Source: the human T2T-CHM13v2.0 reference genome, Homo sapiens. From it: a stretch of DNA of 64,000 bases. Made by a program: the position numbers and the translations under genes. Below are positions 56,135-64,000 of the stretch, piece by piece. Positions within the stretch are counted from its first letter, which is position 1; each line of letters opens with the position of its first letter. The notes beneath the pieces are model-generated. The model did no database searches and was not told the origin of the DNA. It worked only from the letters and a program-made list of their open reading frames with translations. The stretch is from assembly GCF_009914755.1 (NCBI RefSeq), contig NC_060935.1, one strand, 5' to 3'.

Positions 56135-56640
56135 ACAGGCAGGACTCCTAGTTTCAAGTGACAGAATCCTAGGTTAAATGGATTGAGGCAAAAAGGGAGT
56201 TTATCAGCTCATGACACCAAAGGTAAAACCTCAGGCACAGCTGAAACCAGGCACTCAATGCTGTTCTCAGGAAACGATGCATCCCCATCTCTCATCTCTG
56301 CCATTCCTTGGCTTTCTATGTGGATAGTCTCCTCCCTGGTGGCAGTATCTCCGTCGCCCAGGACAATGCCTGGAACTTAGTTCACTTGGCTCCAGCAGCT
56401 CCTGCCTCACTTTCTACTAACTTTGCAAATATTGTGGAAGACCTGTCTCCTTCCTGATGCCCCAGTAAAAGCGCCAGAATTGACTCTGAGGCATGCAGTG
56501 AAGGTCACTCCTCCACCCTGAGCCAGTTACAGGCCTGAGGGGCCCACTCTTCTCTCATTGGTAGGCTTAGATCACAGACCCATCACTCCCAGATCCCCAA
56601 GACTCTAGAGGGGAGAAGGGGGATCCCCCAAAGGAAAATC
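56135..56640. mobile_element. Old MLT1 LTR remnant
   Basis: GTTTCAAGTGACAGAATCC...AAAAGGGAGTTTAT...CCCTGAGCCAGTTAC. Confidence 0.45.
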
Positions 56641-59103
56641 AGAGGGCAGCGTCGTCATCATAAGAGGGGGTCTGGGAACTGGGTGGGAAGAAGCTACAGA
56701 GGGGCTGAACAATGACTGCCAGGCTAGCCAGGTGGCTGGACCTGGGCCATCTCTCCCCCCACGGACTGGAGCCTGGTTATCTGGGAGGATGGGCGGATCC
56801 TGAAGGCACTAACTGTGGCCATCAGCCAACTGCACTACTTGCAGCTAAGCAGCAGGTTCCTTCTCAAAGGGAGAACCAAGTGGCCTCTCCCACAAGGAGA
56901 CAAACAAATGGGACAGCCTGGTTGTCCAGGCAAGGCACAGAGAGCTTCTCCCACTAGCTCCAGGGTAGAGTTTTTTAGGAGGCCCTGGGGATCTCCTGGA
57001 GCACTGGGTGGGAGGTGCAGTGGCCCTATAGGCGTGGACTTATACAGGCTGGGCACCACAGGCCGTCCCTCTGCTCACCGGGGGCTGCCCTGTCACAGCT
57101 GCTCCCTGGGCCTCTGTGCTATCCACACAGTTCCTCAGTCTCAGGGCTGCCCTTGACCTCTCAGCCCTGTGCCCACCGGGGCCGCGTGGTCTCTAACCCT
57201 CTTCATTCACATTCCCAAGAAAGAACCTCTTGCTAACTTTGCTATGCCTCAGTCACCTCATCTGTAAAGTGGAAACAGTAGTTGTGAAGAGTGAATGAGA
57301 CACGGCACATCAAGCATTTTGCACAATGCTTGGTGCATCGTTAGTGCTCAATGAATACATGTGTCCAGGTTGTGGTGGGACTTGTGGGTGCACTCTTCGG
57401 CAACTGGGGCCCCTCATACATAGTGGGGTCTTGGGAGATGCAAGTTCCATCTTTGCTAAGCTTGAAGAGGCTGGAGAGAAACCAAAGGAAGCAGCCCCAA
57501 CCCTCAAATTCCCCAAAGCTGCAGCTTCCTCTTCCTTTCACTGAAAATGGCTGTTTCAGTTTTAGCTTTAATTCCTGTTGAGTGGGAGGTTGAGAAGGGG
57601 AAGTGGGAAAGGAGTAGAAAAATCAGGGTCCCTGCCTTCCACGTTCCCTTCTGCCAGGTTTGTCCTTCTGTAGCCAGCCAGATGCCACAGGTAGGACCAG
57701 AACTCCTCCAGGTGAGAGGACTCTGCTTCCGGCCCTCTGTCTTCTGGGTGCCAGGGAGGCACTGGCTTTAGGAATCTGGCCTCAAGCTGGCCTCAGGTGG
57801 GCTCCAGGGGCAACCCTGCTTCAGGCTAGAGGCTGCCCAGAGTCAGGATTGGGTTGATGACTGGGGCACAGAGGGTATAGTGACCCTGTATAGTAGGTAG
57901 GTACCATAAGTAGCCCTGTTTACCCAGGCTCAGAGAGGGTAGGTGGCTCTCCCTAGGTCACACAGCAAGTTGGTGGTCGATCCCAGCCTGTCTGACTCCT
58001 CAGGGGAAGGAAGCGAACTCTTGACCCCTGACATCCTGTGCCCTTTCTGCTAACTCACCGGCCAGGGGCCAAGCAAGGGGGTTTCCAGGCCTTTATTTCC
58101 CAGCAGGCAGGCAGGCCAAGGTTAGGAAGCCTCTTCCACATCCAGCCTGGTCTGAGCTGGTTCCTGCCTCAGCTGGCTGGCAGACAGTGACTCAGGCTTC
58201 CAGCTCCTGCCTTTGGCCAACAGGTCCCCTCATCCATGCTAGATATGAAGGCCTCAGGGGATTGGGGAGGCTGTGGGGTCATGTAAAGTTTATCCTGAGA
58301 CCATAGGATCTACGCAGCCTGAAGGGCTAGGCCCCTTGTCATTTCTTCCTATGTCCATACTGAGTCGCTCCTGCTCTAGAACTGACCCCATGGTTGTCGC
58401 CTGAACTGAAAAAAGGAAACTGGAAGAGGCTGTCTCTGCTGTGAGGGGAGGGGCTGCCGTGTTTTGCCAAAGGTGTACCCGGGTGGAGATGGGCGGTGGA
58501 TGCTTGAGGCCAGGGCCTCTATGTCAGACAGACAGGGCGTGGTGCTGACCCTGTCGTCCCTGCCACGTCCCCAGTGGCTCCTGTGACCACATCGACCAGG
58601 GTGAGGACCTGAGAACGAGAGCTTCAGCTCATCTGGGGAGGGTGAGTGGAAGGAAGGTTGGAGAGTGGGTCAAGAGGAACTGAGACTGGAAACCCAGTCC
58701 GGAGGCTGCTCAGTGCCAGCCCCGAGGGGAGGCCCCCCACTGTGGGCAGACCAGCCTTGCCCTCACCCCTCCCTGGCTGTGTGACGGAACGGGGCTGGCT
58801 GTCCTCTGGCGCCATCTCATGGCTACAGGGTCTCAATGCAGGGAAGACCTAACTCCCCTGGGAATCCCCTGATCTGAGCATCCAAGCTCCGATTTTGGGG
58901 GGAACAATGGAGAAGGGGGCCTTAGGGTCAAGAAGAACATGTTGAAATGCCACCTGGCTGGGATAGCTTGGAAAACTCACTGGCCCTTCCTGAGCCTTAG
59001 TTTCTTCGTCTATAAAGGGGAGGGAATAATCCACCCCCCACCAAATTGCCCAGAACTGCAGATAAAACATCTGGCACAGAATAGGCATTTAAGAAACAAT
59101 ACT

Positions 59104-59675
<572 letters not shown>

Positions 59676-62600
59676 TCAGGCCTCCCATCTGAGGCCCCCT
59701 CTTTGCAGAGCTCATCCATTGCTCTGGCTTCTGTATTTATTTATTTCTCACAGAGGTTAAGCTCATTCCCCACTTCTGTGCCTTTGCCCACACTGGGCCT
59801 CCTGTCTGCGATGCCCTCTTCAGCCTTGTTATGTGTCCAGGTCCCTCTGGCCCTTCAGTGCCCAGCAATGGACATGCTTTCTCCATGAGCTTTGCAGGTT
59901 ACTCCCTCCCAGGTGCACCCATGACCCCTCAGACCTGAGTGTTCCCTCCCGGGCCCTGCCCCCTCCTCTAGGCCTAGCCAGGTCCATGGGCAAAGCTAAG
60001 GCCCGGTGAGAGCAAGGCAGTTCCTTGGCTCCGATTCAGTCATCCTTAGATTCTTTGAAGTCCCAAGCCCTAGGATGCTGTGGTTCCAAGGTCCTGAGGG
60101 CCCTCAAACCTAGACTCTGTTAGGAAGGCAAAGAACTAAAAGGCCGGTGGGTAATGGGTACTCAGTGGTTGTTGAGGTGCCAGGCCAGGCCTCTTGTATG
60201 TCCTTGAACCCCTGAGAAGAGGGTGAGGAAGGGGCAGCTGGCCTTAGTTTCTTTCTCCATCTGTCAAGTGGGACCCCATGAGCCTTTCCTTCCCCTCTGA
60301 GGTTAGTCCAAGTGCTCTTATCTGAGCAGAGCGGTGGGATTAGGGGTCTCCAGATCTGCACGTCTGGGTGGATAAGGCATGATAGGGACAGCTTTGTGTT
60401 TCCCATCCATCCAGGTTGCAGGGACTGAGACCACTTAGGCTTCTTACCCAAGCCTTGCCCTGCCCTGCCTTGGGGCCAACACCTCCCAGGAGTCCTCAGA
60501 GCTGTTCCCATTCCTGGGACAGTGACCCGCCCTGCTGGGAGTGGGTACGGGAGGTTGTCCCAGGGACCCAGCAAAGGACTGGCTGCTGAGCTGAAGGCCA
60601 CCTTGCTCTCCTGGGCCACAGCACAGGTCAAATCCAACCAGGAGGTCCACACTCAGCTGGCAGAAGTGACCTCTTAGCACAGGCCTGAGCAAGCACTAGG
60701 TGCTCAACCTGTGCACAACTGACCAAGTGTTTACCAGAAGTTCAAACCTGATTTTTCTCAGTGTGATCCAAACTTTGGGTTCCCACTCTGTTCCTCAATC
60801 CCCTTGCCTGTAAAAATGGCTTTGGGGTGAGATCGATGCCTTTAAAGGCACCTTCAGCTCTGATGCTCTAGGCTCTAGGAGTCTCCTCTGCACCTCCCAG
60901 GGTAGAAGATGAGCCACCCTGAGTGGCACTTCATCCTCCCAGCACACTGGTGATCAGTATGACCATATTCTACCGAGGAGGCTCAGAGAAGGGAAGGGGC
61001 TTATCTAGTCAGTGATTGGGGGCAAAGGTGGAGTAAGAACCTGGGCCTCAAACTCCCAGGGCAGCATTCTTTCCCCACACCATCCTCCCATGCCACCTGC
61101 CTTGCTGCCTCAGCTGCTCCAAATCAAAGCCCACCTCCTCCAGGTCGCCCTCTTGGAATGCTGCTTCCCCCTCTGGAGCTGGCCTCCCTGGGACAGTGAG
61201 GAGCCACATCCCCTGCTCTGGTCTCCTAACAGCTCTGAGGCCAGTTTGGTGGTGAGGAGGGGCTGGGGTGGATGAGGCAGCTGGGTCCTCAGGGGCATCA
61301 CATCTATCTCCACAGCCCACGTCCATCACTCCTCATGCGCTCTGCGCCTGCCGTGTGGAAGGGGCAGTCGCTGTGAAATGGGGGAATGTGGGAGGATCTG
61401 GTGACACATAGTAGGTACTCGATAAGTGTGTGTGGAGAAAAGAAGAAGAGGGAAGCGGGGGGAGAAGGCGGCTGAGTAAGTTTGTACGTAAGTGGATTGC
61501 CACATGGAGGGATGGGTAGATGGACATGTTGGTGAGTGAGCTATTGAATGAGGGAAGGCAGGCTAGATGGGTGAGTGAATGGCTGGGAGGAGGAATGGAC
61601 ACCCCGTGGCTCTGAGTGTTATAGCTAAAGGAGGAGCCATGAGCTCTCTAATCACTGCCCTACCCATTTGACAACTGAGAAGACTGAGAGAGGGCTGAGC
61701 AGAAAGAAAATTCCTGGTTCTGTGGGGCTGGCAGCCTCTGGTTCTCCCCTACCCCTCCTCCTCTGCCCCCATCCCCCTCTTTCCCCTGCTGGGGTAGGGG
61801 AGTATTCCGGGAAGGACGCCTTTTTTCCACCTCCTTGCTCCTCTAAGCCCAGTTTCCGCCAGGCACTAGGCGTGGTGTTGGGGATGGCAGGGAGCCGGTG
61901 GCCCCCACAGGGGCTCTTTTAGTCAGAGACAGCCCTGCCAGGAAACAGAGGAAGCTGCTCACTCTGTCAGAGAAGTTGCAGCCTAGCTGAGGGCAGGAGA
62001 GTGGGGAGCCTCAGGTCTGGCTTCCCTTTGCCCCAACACACTTGGGACCACCAGCGTGCTGCAGGGACAGGAGGCTGCCTGTGAGTGTCAGTGCATCTTG
62101 GGGCCATGGGCCAGTGCAGGGGTTGCGGGGGGTGGGGGGGGGAGGTGGACACAAGGAACTGTGACTTTGGGTAGGTAGGCTGGGTTCAGCATTGACTTAA
62201 AGGAGGGCCACAGAGTTAGGAGGCCCAGAGGAAGGGATTCCACCCAGCTGGGGGGATAAAAAAAGGAAGAAGCAAGGTGAGATCTGGAGCTAGATAGACA
62301 CTTAGGGTTTTGATGAATGGAGATTAGTTGAATGGCATTTTGTGTGAAGGGAACAGTGGAGATGGGGAGGCTGGAAAGGGATTCTGGCTCTCTGGCTGCC
62401 ACTGGCTGTGTGGGAGTCTCCATGTCTTGGGAATGTGTGACAAAAGAGGAAGGGGCAAGGGCAGAGTGGCCCTGGCGTACTTCAGATAGGACTGGAGGGC
62501 TTGGCAGGGGTCTTGAATGTCAGGAAAAGGGTTTGGGCTTTTCCCCCAAAGGGCAGAGGGATGCAGAGAAGGATGTAGTCAGAGCCACTTGTTAGCAAGC

Positions 62601-64000
62601 CCCCCACCATGGGCAGAGTCCAGCCCAGGAAGAGGCTGGGGTCTAGCCTGGTCCAGGACTTAGGACCCAAAAGCTAGTGACAGATGTCAGCGCCAAGGTC
62701 AGCTGCTGCCTGGAGGTGGGAGCCAAGAGCACCCTCCTTGAGGCCGGCCCCTGCCAGGAACTGGAAGAACAGCTCACCTCTCCTAGGTCCTCAGAAAGTA
62801 GACAAGAGAGCCCAGGCAATGGCCAGGTCTGTCTTTCCTGACACAGCCCTGAAGGTTTTCCCAGAGAGCTGTGCACCGGATCCCCTCCTGCAGCCCCCTG
62901 CCTCCTTCCAAGAGGGAGGGGAGGGGGTCCCAGGAGGATCAGTCTCACCAGGGTGTGGGAGCGGCACACTGCAGCCCCCAGTCATCTGAGACAGAGGACT
63001 GTCCCTGGGGGTGGGATCTGAGGGTGCAGGCCTCCCAAAGGGAGGTTGAGGGATGCAGCACCCCTCTAGCATGTTCTCCTCCTCACCACAACCCTCTTCC
63101 CTTGCAGACTGGTCTCCTCAGACCCTGTGTGAGGAGAGGGGTCAGGGAGGGGCAGAGGCTGCCTCTTGAAGGCCAGCCCCACCGAACCAGCAGTTTTCTT
63201 TCTCCTCAGATTTCTTTGTCAGACCCTGTATGAGAGGAGATCAGTCTGCAAGGACAGAGGGTTATGGTGACGAGGGGAACATGATAGAGGGGTGCTATGT
63301 TCTTCAACCTTCCTCCTCACCCGGAGTGTCCTTACACCCTTTTCCACTCATGGAAATCCTCCTCAACCACCCAGGCCTTGCTCTGTCTTTCATTCTGCTC
63401 TGAAAAGTCTCTTCCATCAGGTGGCTCACACTGGTCTCCTCCATCAGACTAGCATATCTGTATCTGTATCCCCATATCTCCATGTCCACCTATACACTAT
63501 GCCCTCATGTATCTAGCTGGCAGGGAGGACTCCGTGAATCCCTGTCATGTGAAAACAAGAGAATGAACATGTGAATGAGAATGGCCTGAACCAATGAATG
63601 AAGAGATGAGTGGACATTCTCTGCCTGTGCTAATCCTGGCTTCCTGGCTATGCTATGGTGGGCTGCTATGTTTCTTCCTCTGGCCTCCCCATTGTGCCTA
63701 CCTTGTCCTAGCTGGGCACCCAGCACCCCTAGCATATGGGCTAAAGTCCCACAAAGAATCTTTGATAACTGAGAGTGACATGGGATGTGGGCTGCAGACT
63801 ATAGAATCCAACATTATCATTTTGCCCAAAAATGGGATAAAATAGCTCCACCAAAATGAAATTGCAAGTTGGGACAAATGTATTTTTCTCTAATATAACT
63901 TTAAAAAATCCCATAACCTTACTTAGTAGGTACAGTAAGAACAGCAAACACTTGGCCCCATGCCAGGCACTGATCTTCACAACAATCTTATAAGGCAGGT

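Overview
Primate (human-like) genomic DNA from the P2RY2-P2RY6 locus (11q13.4, assigned from recalled gene identity). The window holds the end of the last P2RY2 intron and the single P2RY2 coding exon (2389-3522, 377 aa, Leu46/Arg312/Cys334 haplotype), followed by a long 3' UTR region. An AT-rich intergenic block follows, containing an Alu-disrupted OR8-family olfactory receptor pseudogene (probably OR8R1P) and a solo MLT2 LTR inflated to 3.5 kb by Alus and a ~1.9 kb AT-rich tandem array. Further on are the P2RY6 CpG-island promoter, its non-coding 5' UTR exons and a long intron; the P2RY6 CDS lies beyond the window. All other ORFs in the track look like noise or repeat-derived. I see no new protein-coding system. 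The most unusual structures are: (1) a complex templated insertion at ~31250-31560, built from a 176-bp inverted local duplication plus patches copied from kilobases away; (2) an old duplicated motif-rich module in the P2RY2 3' region; (3) a MIR-derived P2RY6 splice acceptor with junction-created uORFs; (4) a tiny 5'-inverted (twin-primed-type) Alu; (5) palindromic structure in the AT array. Repeat family names come from recalled consensus sequences and need confirming with RepeatMasker/Dfam.
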